From: an uncultured Oscillospiraceae bacterium | GTDB lineage: Bacteria; Bacillota; Clostridia; Oscillospirales; Oscillospiraceae | Assembly: GCA_964395795.1 (NCBI GenBank) | Contig: CAYNBS010000002.1 | Location: 51,293 to 115,292, forward strand | Length of the DNA stretch: 64,000 nucleotides | Direction: 5' to 3' | Position numbers and translations under genes: made by a program | In this document: in pieces, positions 8,220-17,746 of the stretch | Numbering within the stretch: position 1 is the first letter of the stretch | How the letters are laid out: every line of letters starts with the position of its first letter | The notes under the pieces: model-generated | Told to the model about the DNA's origin: nothing | Databases searched by the model: none | Seen by the model: only the letters and a program-made list of their open reading frames with translations

Positions 8220-8870
8220 ATGAATCACGAATTGGAAAGGGACAATCTGCCCATGGAACACTTTTGCGAGACCAACGACATCCGGCTTTGCGGCTCCCCC
8301 GCCGGCAGGCCGGTCTATTCCCACAGCAGCCGGGGCCAGGACTTCTACCTTCTTCCGCTCCGGGTGGAGCGCCTCTCCGGCACGGAGGATCTGCTGAACC
8401 TGACGCTCCGACAGGAGCTTTTGGAGCGTGCCGACATCTCCGCGGGCCAGCGGCTCTGGGTCGCGGGAGAGCTGCGGAGCTTCAACAATCACCGGGACAA
8501 CGGCCCCCGCCTGGTGCTGACCGTATTTGTCCGGGATCTGAGCTTCTGCGATTTGCCGGATGAAAACCGGGCGCGCCTGCGGGGCACCGTCTGCAAGCCG
8601 CCCACGCTGCGCCGGACCCCTCTGGGCCGGGAGATCTGCGACCTGATGCTGGCCGTCAACCGGCATTACGGCCGCTCGGACTACCTGCCCTGCATCTGCT
8701 GGGGCTCGCTGGCCCGCCAGGCGGCTCTCTTTCCGGTGGGCCAGCGCATCCGGCTGGAGGGGCGGCTGCAGAGCCGGGAGTACCGGAAGCTCACCGAGGA
8801 CGGCCCCCAGACCCGCACCGCCTACGAGGTCTCCGCCATGGAGCTGGAGGCAGAGGACGAGGCGGAATAA
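8220..8870 (+). CDS. SSB-like OB-fold protein (two tandem OB-like halves)
   Basis: Two repeated patterns, GELRSFNNHRDNGPRLVLTVFV and GRLQSREYRKLTEDGPQTRTAYEV, plus an acidic tail. The start is uncertain (8160, 8220 or 8253). Confidence 0.4.
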   Translation: MNHELERDNLPMEHFCETNDIRLCGSPAGRPVYSHSSRGQDFYLLPLRVERLSGTEDLLNLTLRQELLERADISAGQRLWVAGELRSFNNHRDNGPRLVLTVFVRDLSFCDLPDENRARLRGTVCKPPTLRRTPLGREICDLMLAVNRHYGRSDYLPCICWGSLARQAALFPVGQRIRLEGRLQSREYRKLTEDGPQTRTAYEVSAMELEAEDEAE

Positions 8871-8947
8871 GCAGGCTTCTCACTACTTTTGTCGAAGCCC
8901 TTGACGGCGAGGCCGCCTTGGATTATGTTAACCGCGGAGGTGGTCTT

Positions 8948-9523
8948 TTGAAGAAACGCGAGACGCCGCAGGGACAGGAAAGCCTTCGGCGCGCGCTGCT
9001 GGCGGGACTGATGCTGCTTTTGCTGGCGGCCGCCCATCTGCGCCCGGTATACCGGGTGACGGTGGCAGGCGAAACGCTGCCGGGCCGCTACAGTCTGCGG
9101 CAAACGGAGCAGTACGCCGCCCTGGCCCGGGCGACGGCGGAGGAGATTTTGGAGGGAGACGCCGCGCTGCCTGCCATGCGGCGCAGTCTGCGGCTCAGCT
9201 TCCGCGCGCCGGACGGGGATGGCGCGCTGCTGGCAGACGCGCTGCTGCGTTCTGCCCCGGGCGTGGAGATCGCCGATGAAGTGCGCATCAACGGGGTGCG
9301 TCTCGGCACGGTGGAGGACGGCTTCTCCCTCTGCGAGGGGCTGAACCGCTGCATCCGCTGGCAAATGCCCACGGCGGCCGTATCCGGTCACATCAGCGGC
9401 AAGCTGGAGATTCACCGGGTCTACACCCGGGCGGGGCAGAACACCCCGGAGGACGACATGATCCTTCTGATCACCGGCATGGCGCCCGTGATCTATGTGG
9501 ACGCCCAGGGGAAGCTGGCCTGA
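8948..9523 (+). CDS. hypothetical N-terminally membrane-anchored protein
   Basis: ORF with one TM segment (LLAGLMLLLLAAAHL). TTG 8948 follows GGAGGTGG by 4 nt (tctt). The track start ATG 8918 has no SD. Confidence 0.45.
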   Translation: MKKRETPQGQESLRRALLAGLMLLLLAAAHLRPVYRVTVAGETLPGRYSLRQTEQYAALARATAEEILEGDAALPAMRRSLRLSFRAPDGDGALLADALLRSAPGVEIADEVRINGVRLGTVEDGFSLCEGLNRCIRWQMPTAAVSGHISGKLEIHRVYTRAGQNTPEDDMILLITGMAPVIYVDAQGKLA

Positions 9524-9542
9524 GCCGATATGGAAGGGATTG

Positions 9543-9598
9543 CCCTCCCTCGATTCTTGTGCTATAGTAGTGCTGCACAAATCGAGGGAGGGGTTTTT
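9543..9598 (+). terminator. intrinsic terminator whose 3' arm contains the RBS of the next gene
   Basis: CCCTCCCTCGAT..(TTGTGC..GCACAA)..ATCGAGGGAGGG followed by GTTTTTAT, then ATG 9599. Confidence 0.6.
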
Positions 9599-10180
9599 AT
9601 GCATTGTACCCAGACGCTGCCGGAGGGCTACCGGGAGTTGCTGTCTATCGACCTGCAGAAGGACAAGAGAACGGCCCTGCTGGTAAACGGTGCCGCCGTG
9701 GGCGCTATGGCGGTTCTGGCCCTGATCGGGCATCTTGTGGTCCCTATCCAAACGCTGTTTGATTTTTCTCTGGACTTCGGCCCGTGTTTTCTCCGACTGG
9801 GCGTGCTGCTGCTTGGGATGATCGTCTATGTTGTCCTCCATGAACTGACTCACGCCGCTGTTATGAAGGCTTACGGCGCAAAGAAGCTCCGCTTCGGCTT
9901 CACCGGCATGTACGCCTACGCAGGCAGCGAGGGGGACTATTTTGCAAAGCGTCCCTACCGGCACATCGCCCTGGCGCCGCTGGTGCTGTGGGCGCTGATC
10001 TTCGGCCTGCTCAGCATCGTGGTGCCCCGGGATTGGTTCTGGGTGGTCTGGATGCTGCAGATCGCCAATGTCTCCGGCGCTGCAGGAGATGTGTATGTGA
10101 CCCTGCGGCTGCGCCGCCTGCCCCGGGATCTTCTGGTGCGGGACACCGGCGTTGCCATGACGGTCTATTCCGCGGAATAA
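9599..10180 (+). CDS. DUF3267-like putative membrane zincin peptidase
   Basis: HELTHAAVM motif within a multi-TM protein. ATG 9599 is preceded by GAGGGAGGGG. Confidence 0.65.
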   Translation: MHCTQTLPEGYRELLSIDLQKDKRTALLVNGAAVGAMAVLALIGHLVVPIQTLFDFSLDFGPCFLRLGVLLLGMIVYVVLHELTHAAVMKAYGAKKLRFGFTGMYAYAGSEGDYFAKRPYRHIALAPLVLWALIFGLLSIVVPRDWFWVVWMLQIANVSGAAGDVYVTLRLRRLPRDLLVRDTGVAMTVYSAE

Positions 10181-10185
10181 AATGG

Positions 10186-10217
10186 GAAAAAGGCATCGGT
10201 TTTCCGATGCCTTTTTC
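10186..10217. terminator. bidirectional intrinsic terminator
   Basis: GAAAAAGGCATCGG-tttt-CCGATGCCTTTTTC between convergent genes. Confidence 0.8.
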
Positions 10218-10650
10218 AAAACGCAAATTCGGTCTCGCCGAAAACGGCGAGGCCCTTTTCTTTCAGCAGCTCTGCCGTGACGCCGTTGCCGGGGATCACC
10301 GTTCCGGTGAAGCTGCCGTCATAGATCCTCCCGCTGCCGCAGGAGGGGCTGCGCTCCTTCAGGAGCGCCATGTGGCAGTGATTGACACGGGCCGTCTCCA
10401 GCGCCCGGGCAGCACCCCGGCGGAAGGCTTCGGTCACGTCCTCCCCCGCCCGGTTCACCACCTGGTCTCCCCGGCGCTCGCTGGGCGTTCGGGGTGTGGG
10501 CAGGCCGCCGTCCCGCTCCGGGCAGATGGGCACCAGGCGGTACCGCGCCTCCAGGGCCTCCAGCTGTTCATCCGGCAAGGCGTTATTCCCGCCGCTGTAC
10601 TTGCAGTTGACCCCCAGGAGACAGGCGCTGATGAGCAGCGGCTCCTTCAT
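10216..10650 (-). CDS. DUF523 family protein (TudS-like thiouracil desulfidase family)
   Basis: 144 aa. Contains ISACLLGVNCKYSGG, PICPE and SPSCGS cysteine motifs typical of DUF523. Confidence 0.75.
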   Translation of the reverse strand: MKEPLLISACLLGVNCKYSGGNNALPDEQLEALEARYRLVPICPERDGGLPTPRTPSERRGDQVVNRAGEDVTEAFRRGAARALETARVNHCHMALLKERSPSCGSGRIYDGSFTGTVIPGNGVTAELLKEKGLAVFGETEFAF

Positions 10651-11159
10651 GCAAGCGTCTCCAGCGCCCGGTCGTAGAAGGCCTTGGTGCGCTCATCGAA
10701 GCAGACCATCCGCACCCGGCGGATCTCCGGGTGGGCAGCCAGGTATTCCGCGATGGCGCCGATGGCGATGTCCGCGGCCTTCTCCAAGGGGAAGTGATAG
10801 ACGCCGGTGCTGATGGAGGGGAAATCTACCGTCTCGCAGCCGTTTTCCGAGGCCAGCGTCAGGCAGGAGAGGTAGCAGGAGCGCAGCAGCGCCGCCTCCC
10901 CGTGACCGCCGCCGTGCCAGACGGGGCCGGGGGTGTGGATGACGAACTTGGCGGGCAGGCGGTAGCCCTTGGTGATCTTGGCTTTGCCGGTCTCGCAGCC
11001 GTGGAGCGTGCGGCACTCCGCCAGCAGCTCCGGCCCTGCGGCCCGGTGGATGGCTCCGTCCACCCCGCCGCCGCCCAGCAGGGAGCAGTTGGCGGCGTTC
11101 ACAATGGCGTCCACAGACTGCTTGGTGATATCGCCCAGGATGATCTCAATGTTCGGCAT
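10647..11159 (-). CDS. macro domain protein (O-acetyl-ADP-ribose deacetylase-like)
   Basis: Contains GDITKQSVDAIVNAAN, GGGGVDGAIHRAAG and PSISTGVYHFP. ATGA overlap with the DUF523 gene. Confidence 0.85.
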   Translation of the reverse strand: MPNIEIILGDITKQSVDAIVNAANCSLLGGGGVDGAIHRAAGPELLAECRTLHGCETGKAKITKGYRLPAKFVIHTPGPVWHGGGHGEAALLRSCYLSCLTLASENGCETVDFPSISTGVYHFPLEKAADIAIGAIAEYLAAHPEIRRVRMVCFDERTKAFYDRALETLA

Positions 11160-11171
11160 GAGAAGTCCCCC

Positions 11172-13493
11172 TTACGCAGTTTCGATTTTGACGCCGGCCT
11201 CTTCGGCGCTCAGGCGGATCTCCTTTACGCCCTGGCCGCGGTTTTCGATGAGTTTGGCGGCGATGGTGTCCTCGATCTCCTTCTGGATGAGGCGGCGCAG
11301 ATTCCGGGCGCCGTAGGTCACGGAATAGCCCTTGCGCACCAGGTAATCCGTGAGGCTCTCGTCCCAGGCGAGAGAGAGGCCGCGCTCGGCCATCACGTCC
11401 CGCAGCTCTTGGAGCATCAGGCCGGCGATGCCGCGGAAGTTCTCCTCCGTGAGCTGGTTGAAGCAGATGACCTCGTCCACCCGGTTGATAAACTCGGGCC
11501 GGAGGAATTCGTTCAGGGCCTTCATGGCCCGCTCCCGGCTCATGTCCGAGAGGCTGCCGCCGAAGCCCACGCTGCCGGTCTTGGTGTTGGAGCCGGCGTT
11601 GGTGGTCATGACGATGATGGTATTCTCAAAGTTCACCGTGCGGCCCTGGGCGTCGGTGATGCGTCCATCGTCCAGGATCTGGAGGAGGATGTTCATCACG
11701 TCCGGGTGGGCCTTTTCGATCTCATCGAAAAGCACCACGGAATAGGGCTTGCGGCGGATCTTCTCGGTGAGCTGGCCTGCCTCGTCATAGCCCACATAGC
11801 CCGGGGGCGAGCCGATGATGCGGGAGACGGAGAACTTCTCCATAAACTCGGACATATCCAGGCGGATGAGGGATTCGGGGCTCGAGAACATATCGGCGGC
11901 CAGGCGCTTGACCAGCTCCGTCTTGCCCACGCCCGTGGGGCCGACGAAGATGAAGCTCACCGGCTTGCGCTTGACCTTCAGGCCCACCCGGCTGCGGCGG
12001 ATGGCGGCGCAGACCGCGTCCACCGCCTGATCCTGGCCCACGATATGGGCCTTCAGGCGCCCGTCCAGATTGGCAAGGCGCTCCAGCTCATCCTCCTTGA
12101 TGCTGGAGGCGGGGATCTTGGTCCAGAGCTCGATGATCCGGGCCAGGTTATCCACCGTGAGCTGGGGGCGGCCCTGGGCGTCCAAGTCCTTCAGCTCCTG
12201 CTCCAGCTGCATCTCCTTGCTGCGGAGCTGGGCGATGCGGGCATAGCGCTGATCCAGCTTCTCCGGATCGCTCTCGCTGCTGTCGCTGGCCAGGGCGTCC
12301 CGTTCAAAGCGGACATTCTCCAGATCCCGCTGGGCCAGCATCCGGCGCTTGATGCTCTCGTCCTTCAAATTCACGTCCGAGCAGGCCTCGTCAATGAGGT
12401 CGATGGCCTTGTCGGGCAGGAAGCGGTCGGTGATATACCGCTCGGAGAGCAGCACGGCCTGGCGGCACATTTCATCGGAAATGGTGACGCCGTGGTAGTC
12501 CTCATAATAATGGGCGATGCCCTTGAGGATCTCCACGCTGTCCTCCAGGGAGGGCTCCGCCACGGTGACGGGCTGGAAGCGCCGCTCCAGGGCGGAATCC
12601 TTTTCGATGTGCTTGCGGTATTCGGTAAAGGTGGTGGCGCCGATGACCTGGATCTCACCCCGGGAGAGGGCGGGCTTGAGGATGTTGGCGGCGTTCATGC
12701 TGCCCTCGGCGTCCCCGGCGCCGACGATGTTGTGCACCTCGTCGATGACCAGGATGATGTTGCCCTCCTTGCGGATCTCCTCGATGAGGCCCTTCATGCG
12801 GCTCTCAAACTGGCCGCGGAACTGGGTGCCCGCCACCAGGGCGGTCAGGTCCAGCAGATAGACCTTTTTGTCCTTCAGCTTGTAGGGCACGTTCCCCATG
12901 GCGATGCGCTGGGCCAGGCCCTCGGCGATGGCGGTCTTGCCCACGCCGGGCTCGCCGATCAGGCAGGGATTATTCTTCTGGCGGCGGTTCAGGATCTGGA
13001 TCACCCGCTCCAGCTCCTCCTCCCGGCCGATCATGGCGTCCAGCTTTCGCTCCTGGGCACGCCGGGTCAGGTCGATGCAGTAGTTATCCAGGAACTTGTG
13101 CTTGGCCTGCCGGGGCTGCTGGGGCTGCCCATTCTGCCTGGGCTGCTCCTCCCGGGGGGCGGGATTGTTGTTCTGGGGCGCCTGGCCGCCGAAGAGCCGG
13201 CTCAGGAAGGGGAAGGTGGCGGTCTTGCCGTCATCGTCCTCGCCGCCGTCCTGCCCGTCCATGTTCAGCAGCTCCTCCGCGCCGTTCAGGGCGGAGGTCA
13301 TCTCGCCGGAGAGACCCTCCAGCTCATCGTCGGAGATGCCCATTTTGTTGATGATATCGTCCACGGGCTTGATGTGCAGCTCCCGGGCGCACTTCAGGCA
13401 CAGGCCCTCGTTCTTGGCCTGCCCGTTTTCCAGCTTGGTAATAAAGATCACCGCCACGTTTTTGCCGCAGCGGGTGCAGAGCGTCGTTTGCAT
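11172..13493 (-). CDS. ATP-dependent Clp protease ATP-binding subunit, ClpE-type (N-terminal zinc ribbon)
   Basis: Two AAA+ modules (GEPGVGKT and GPTGVGKT), a VGF ClpP-docking tripeptide, and an N-terminal CTRCG..x22..CLKC instead of Clp_N repeats. Confidence 0.85.
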   Translation of the reverse strand: MQTTLCTRCGKNVAVIFITKLENGQAKNEGLCLKCARELHIKPVDDIINKMGISDDELEGLSGEMTSALNGAEELLNMDGQDGGEDDDGKTATFPFLSRLFGGQAPQNNNPAPREEQPRQNGQPQQPRQAKHKFLDNYCIDLTRRAQERKLDAMIGREEELERVIQILNRRQKNNPCLIGEPGVGKTAIAEGLAQRIAMGNVPYKLKDKKVYLLDLTALVAGTQFRGQFESRMKGLIEEIRKEGNIILVIDEVHNIVGAGDAEGSMNAANILKPALSRGEIQVIGATTFTEYRKHIEKDSALERRFQPVTVAEPSLEDSVEILKGIAHYYEDYHGVTISDEMCRQAVLLSERYITDRFLPDKAIDLIDEACSDVNLKDESIKRRMLAQRDLENVRFERDALASDSSESDPEKLDQRYARIAQLRSKEMQLEQELKDLDAQGRPQLTVDNLARIIELWTKIPASSIKEDELERLANLDGRLKAHIVGQDQAVDAVCAAIRRSRVGLKVKRKPVSFIFVGPTGVGKTELVKRLAADMFSSPESLIRLDMSEFMEKFSVSRIIGSPPGYVGYDEAGQLTEKIRRKPYSVVLFDEIEKAHPDVMNILLQILDDGRITDAQGRTVNFENTIIVMTTNAGSNTKTGSVGFGGSLSDMSRERAMKALNEFLRPEFINRVDEVICFNQLTEENFRGIAGLMLQELRDVMAERGLSLAWDESLTDYLVRKGYSVTYGARNLRRLIQKEIEDTIAAKLIENRGQGVKEIRLSAEEAGVKIETA

Positions 13494-13529
13494 AAAGATT
13501 CCTCCTTTGGGGATAGGGGTAAACAGTCA

Positions 13530-13551
13530 ATTGCGAAACTCGTTTCGCAAT
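13530..13551. promoter_or_regulatory. 22-bp perfect palindrome upstream of the Clp ATPase gene (candidate operator)
   Basis: ATTGCGAAAC-tc-GTTTCGCAAT. It lies 37-58 nt upstream of ATG 13493 and abuts a TTGACT hexamer. Confidence 0.4.
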
Positions 13552-13571
13552 CGGCCAGGATTGGGTAAAGG

Positions 13572-13600
13572 AAAAGATGGCCGGCGTCCGGCCGGCCATC
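13572..13600 (-). terminator. intrinsic terminator after cvpA
   Basis: GATGGCCGGC-cggac-GCCGGCCATC followed by TTTTCCTTT on the minus strand. Confidence 0.7.
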
Positions 13601-13613
13601 CGTGTTGTCTCGA

Positions 13614-14333
13614 TTACAGCAGGCCGCTGGTCAAAAACCTGATCTGCAGGAAGAACTGGGCGAGCATGGTGCTGCCCAGGGTCTCGCTGCCGATGACCAG
13701 GCCCAGGAAGCTCAGCACCCAGCACAGCAGCACGCAATACAGGAAGCCCTTGAGGAAGCCCAGCACCGCGCCGCCGATTTCATCCAGCATTTCCAGATTG
13801 GGCAGCCGGAAGGACAGATTGCCGATGTTGCCGATGGCCACCAGCAGGATCAAAATCATCAGGAAGGCAACGGTGAGTCCGCCTACAAAGCTGATGCTGT
13901 CGCACAGCACGGTGACCACCGCGTCCGTCATATTGGCGCCGTTGCGGTCCGCGTAATCCACCGCCTTGCGGGCCAGCTCTTCCGCCCGGTCCTGATAGAT
14001 ACCGACCTTTTTCATGCACTCCACCGCGTAATCATAGCGCAGGGAGCTGTCCCTGGCCAGCACATCCTCCAGCGACAGGTCGGTGTTCCCGTACCCCATT
14101 GTATCCAGCACCTCGTCCCGGATATTCTGGGAGTCGATATAGCCGTCCACAAAAGGCTCCAGCACGGGAACCACCTCGTGGGAGTAGGCAGAGGAGAGAA
14201 GGCTGCCGCCGAAGAGGGCGACCACCACCGCCAGGATGCCGGCAATGCCGCTGATCAGGCCCTTGCGGTACCCCGTCCAGGTGCTCAGCGCCACGATTAC
14301 CAGCAGAACAATATCCAAAATCAGTCGTATCAT
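13614..14333 (-). CDS. cvpA: CvpA family membrane protein
   Basis: 239 aa, multi-TM. N-terminus is MIRLILDIVLLVIVALSTWTGYRKGLI, typical of CvpA. Confidence 0.7.
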   Translation of the reverse strand: MIRLILDIVLLVIVALSTWTGYRKGLISGIAGILAVVVALFGGSLLSSAYSHEVVPVLEPFVDGYIDSQNIRDEVLDTMGYGNTDLSLEDVLARDSSLRYDYAVECMKKVGIYQDRAEELARKAVDYADRNGANMTDAVVTVLCDSISFVGGLTVAFLMILILLVAIGNIGNLSFRLPNLEMLDEIGGAVLGFLKGFLYCVLLCWVLSFLGLVIGSETLGSTMLAQFFLQIRFLTSGLL

Positions 14334-14469
14334 AGCTACTCTTCCTTTGTATCGTTTCCGTTTCGCTTCCGATTATCCGACATCGATTATAACATGCAAA
14401 TATGAATAAATAAACCCAAGAATTCTGAAGATCGTCTGGAAGAATCCGGCGCTTGAAGGCCGCAAGGCT

Positions 14470-15234
14470 TCATTTCGCCATCATGTCTCCCACCGGTCCG
14501 TCGTACCAGATGCGATTGAGGTACAAGCCCTGGGGCGGCATGGTCGGCCCGGTGAGGCGCCGATCCCCCTTCTCCAGCAGGGCGGGGATCTCTTCGGGCA
14601 GAAGCTTCCCATAGGAGGCGTAGACCATGGTGCCCACCATGGCCCGGCACATGTTGTACAAAAACCCGTCCGCGCAGATGGAAACCGTGATCAGGTCCCC
14701 CTCCTTTTCCGCCCGGCACCAGTGCACCGTGCGGACGGTGGTCTTCGTCTCGGTACCAACGCTGCGCACCGCCCGGAAATCATGGGTGCCCTCAAAGGCC
14801 CGGGCCGCCGCCTGCATCAGCTCCAGGTCCAGCCGCTGGGGGTAAAAGCAGGCCCGCTTCTCCAGGAAGGGATCGGGAATGGGGCTGTTCCAGATCCGGT
14901 AAATGTATTCTTTTTTGATGCAGGAGCCGATGGCGTTGAAGCTCTCCTCCGCCTCCACCGCGTCCGACACGGCGATATCCCCGGGCAGCCGGGAATTCAC
15001 CGCCAGAGGAAAGCGGTCGATGGGGATGCGGCAGTCGGTGCGGAAATTGGCGCAATAGCGCAGGGCGTGCACTCCCGCGTCCGTCCGCCCGCAGCCCACG
15101 GTCTTCACCGGGTGGCCGCAGATTTTGGTGAGAGCCGTCTCCAGGGTCTCCGCCACGGTCACGTCGTTTTTCTGCACCTGCCAGCCGTGGTAGGCGCTGC
15201 CGTCATACATCAGGCGCAAGGCAATGTTTCTCAT
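14470..15234 (-). CDS. truA: tRNA pseudouridine(38-40) synthase TruA
   Basis: Contains MRNIALRLMYDGSAYHGWQVQ and GRTDAGVHA (catalytic Asp motif). Confidence 0.92.
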   Translation of the reverse strand: MRNIALRLMYDGSAYHGWQVQKNDVTVAETLETALTKICGHPVKTVGCGRTDAGVHALRYCANFRTDCRIPIDRFPLAVNSRLPGDIAVSDAVEAEESFNAIGSCIKKEYIYRIWNSPIPDPFLEKRACFYPQRLDLELMQAAARAFEGTHDFRAVRSVGTETKTTVRTVHWCRAEKEGDLITVSICADGFLYNMCRAMVGTMVYASYGKLLPEEIPALLEKGDRRLTGPTMPPQGLYLNRIWYDGPVGDMMAK

Positions 15235-16028
15235 AAGCCAAAATGCCTCAACACAATGATCCCGGCCAGCACCGCCGCGCCAAACAGCAGGGCCAGCAGG
15301 TCCCGCAGGGCGAAACGAAGCTGCTTCATGCGGGTGCGTCCCCCGCCGCCATGATAGCAGCGGCTCTCCATGGCCACCGCCAGCTCATCCGCCCGGCGGA
15401 AGGACGAGACAAACAGCGGCACCAGAATGGGGATCAGCGCCTTGGCCCGGCGGAGCAGGCTGCCCGTCTCAAAATCCGCGCCGCGCGCCTTCTGGGCGGA
15501 CATGATCTTGTCCGTCTCCTCGATCAGCGTGGGGATAAAGCGCAGCGCCATGGACATCATCATGGTCATCTCATGCACCGGCAGGCCGATCTTTTTCAGC
15601 GGGTTCAGCAGCCGCTCCATCCCGTCGGTGAGGGCCATGGGGCTGGTGGTGTAGGTCAGCAGGAAGGTGCCCGTGATGAGCAGCAGGATCCGCAGGATCA
15701 TCTTTCCCGCCCGGTCCAGGCCCTCCCAGGTAATGGGCCAGCCCTCGCGGATGGGCGTGCCGGCGGTGTAAAACAGGTTCAGCGCGGCGGTCAGCACGAT
15801 CAGGAACAGCATGGGCTTGAGGCCCTTGAAGATGTTCTTCGGCTTGATGTGGGAGACGATCATCCCCAGCACCGTGAGCACCACCATCACGCCGTTGCCG
15901 ACCCAGCCGCCCGCCTCAAACAGCGCCACGATATACAGGATCAGCAGCAGGATCTTGGTGCGGGGATCCAGCCGGTGGGCGATGGTATCGCCGGGGAAAA
16001 ACTGGCCCAGGGTGATATCCTTCAGCAT
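15231..16028 (-). CDS. ecfT: energy-coupling factor transporter transmembrane component EcfT
   Basis: 265-aa multi-TM protein immediately downstream of two EcfA ATPases. Contains an ARGADFE-type coupling motif (AQKARGADFETG). Confidence 0.88.
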   Translation of the reverse strand: MLKDITLGQFFPGDTIAHRLDPRTKILLLILYIVALFEAGGWVGNGVMVVLTVLGMIVSHIKPKNIFKGLKPMLFLIVLTAALNLFYTAGTPIREGWPITWEGLDRAGKMILRILLLITGTFLLTYTTSPMALTDGMERLLNPLKKIGLPVHEMTMMMSMALRFIPTLIEETDKIMSAQKARGADFETGSLLRRAKALIPILVPLFVSSFRRADELAVAMESRCYHGGGGRTRMKQLRFALRDLLALLFGAAVLAGIIVLRHFGL

Positions 16029-16873
16029 ACGCCCACCCCCTTCAGGGCAGCCATCAGCTGGCTGTGGGTATACACCGCGCCCTCCAGAGGCACGCCCCGC
16101 TCTCGCAGGGCCATGGCCAGGCGCGTGGCCTGGGGCACGGCAAGGCCGATCTTCACCAGCTCCTCCGGCGCGGAGAACACCTGCTCGGGCGTGCCGTCCA
16201 TGGCCACACGGCCGTGGTCGAAGACGATCAGCCGCTCGGTCAGGCGGGCGGCGTCATCCATATTGTGGCTGACGATGATCACCGTGGCGCCAGTCTCCTG
16301 CCGGTAGCGGCAGATGTTGTCCATGATCTGGCGGCAGCCGGCCGGGTCAAGCCCGGCGGTGGGCTCGTCCAGCACCAGCACCTGGGGGCGCATGGCGATG
16401 ACGCCCGCAATGGCGATGCGGCGCTTCTGCCCGCCGGAGAGCTCCAGGGGCGAGCGCTCCAGCAGCGCCTCCTCGATGCCCACGAAGCCCGCAGCCTCCC
16501 GGACGCGCTGCTGGATCTCCTCCTTCCCCAGGCCCATATTCTTGGGGCCGAAGGCGATATCGGCGGCGACCGTCTCCTCGAAAAGCTGGTACTCCGGGTA
16601 CTGGAACACCAGGCCCACCTTGCTTTTGACGGCCTTGCGGCTTTTCTTGTCCCGGTTGATATCCTCCCCGTCCAGCAGCACCTTGCCGCTTGTGGGAGTC
16701 AGCAGGGCGTTCAGATGCTGGATGAAGGTGGACTTGCCGGAGCCGGTATGCCCCAACAGGCCCACAAACTGGCCCGCCGGAATGGTCAGGCTCACGTTGT
16801 CAATGGCGGTTTTCTGAAAGGGGGTCCCTGCGCTGTAGGTATGCGTCAGGGCCTCCACACGGATTTCAGACAT
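16022..16873 (-). CDS. ecfA2: energy-coupling factor transporter ATPase EcfA2
   Basis: ABC ATPase with Walker A GHTGSGKST, signature LSGGQKRR and Walker B VLVLDEP. Confidence 0.88.
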   Translation of the reverse strand: MSEIRVEALTHTYSAGTPFQKTAIDNVSLTIPAGQFVGLLGHTGSGKSTFIQHLNALLTPTSGKVLLDGEDINRDKKSRKAVKSKVGLVFQYPEYQLFEETVAADIAFGPKNMGLGKEEIQQRVREAAGFVGIEEALLERSPLELSGGQKRRIAIAGVIAMRPQVLVLDEPTAGLDPAGCRQIMDNICRYRQETGATVIIVSHNMDDAARLTERLIVFDHGRVAMDGTPEQVFSAPEELVKIGLAVPQATRLAMALRERGVPLEGAVYTHSQLMAALKGVGVC

Positions 16874-16899
16874 ATTCTATCTCCAATGCTTCGGAAGAT

Positions 16900-17724
16900 T
16901 CAGGCTTTCAGGATGGCGGCGATACGCGCGGCGCAGGCGTCCGCCTCCAGGGCGTCAGGCTTCAGCCCCAGCTCGTGGAGCACGCGGGTGGTCTCCGGCA
17001 CGTCCAGGCCCTCCCGCTCCATCAGCTCCACCTGGGAAAAGACCTCCAGGGGGCTGCCGTCGGCAACGATGCGGCCGTTGGACATGACCACCAGCCGGTC
17101 GGCCCCGACGCACTCCTCCATGTGGTGGGTGATGAGCACCACGGTCATCCCCTGCTCCCGGCAGAGGGCCGTGACGGTGCGGATGACCTCCTGCCGGCCC
17201 TGGGGGTCCAGCATGGCGGTGGGCTCGTCCAGCACCAGCACCCGGGGGCGCATGGCGATGACGCCCGCGATGGCTACCCGCTGCTTCTGCCCGCCGGAGA
17301 GGAGATGGGGCGCGTGCAGGCGGAATTCATACATGCCCACCTGCCGCAGCGCCGCGTCCACCCGCTCTCGGATCTCCTGAGGCGGAACGCCCAGATTCTC
17401 CGGCGCGAAGGCCACGTCGTCCTCCACCACGTTGGCGACGATCTGGTTGTCCGGATTCTGGAACACCATGCCCACGGTGCGCCGCACGTCCAGCAGCTTT
17501 TCCTCGTCAGAGGTGTCCAGCCCCGCCACCCAGACCTTGCCCTCCGTGGGGGTCAGGATGGCGTTCATATGCTTGGCCAGGGTGGACTTGCCGGAGCCGT
17601 TATGCCCCAGCACCGCCACAAAGCTCCCCTCCCGAATGGCGAGATCCACGCCGCAGAGGATCTCCCGCTCTCCCTCGGGATAGGTAAAATGCACGTTTTC
17701 AAAACGGATGATCGGTTCTTCCAT
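16900..17724 (-). CDS. ecfA1: energy-coupling factor transporter ATPase EcfA1
   Basis: ABC ATPase with [17 protein letters not shown] and VLVLDEP. First gene of the ecfA1-ecfA2-ecfT module. Confidence 0.88.
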   Translation of the reverse strand: MEEPIIRFENVHFTYPEGEREILCGVDLAIREGSFVAVLGHNGSGKSTLAKHMNAILTPTEGKVWVAGLDTSDEEKLLDVRRTVGMVFQNPDNQIVANVVEDDVAFAPENLGVPPQEIRERVDAALRQVGMYEFRLHAPHLLSGGQKQRVAIAGVIAMRPRVLVLDEPTAMLDPQGRQEVIRTVTALCREQGMTVVLITHHMEECVGADRLVVMSNGRIVADGSPLEVFSQVELMEREGLDVPETTRVLHELGLKPDALEADACAARIAAILKA

Positions 17725-17746
17725 ATCTTAGTCCTTACAAACGGTT

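Noticed and set aside
10731-13568. 945-aa ORF on the plus strand opposite the Clp ATPase gene
   Set aside because: It is exactly antisense to a gene with unmistakable AAA+ motifs. Its composition is dominated by G, A, L, D, H and R, as expected for the reverse frame of GC-rich codons, and it has no RBS. It is a shadow ORF.
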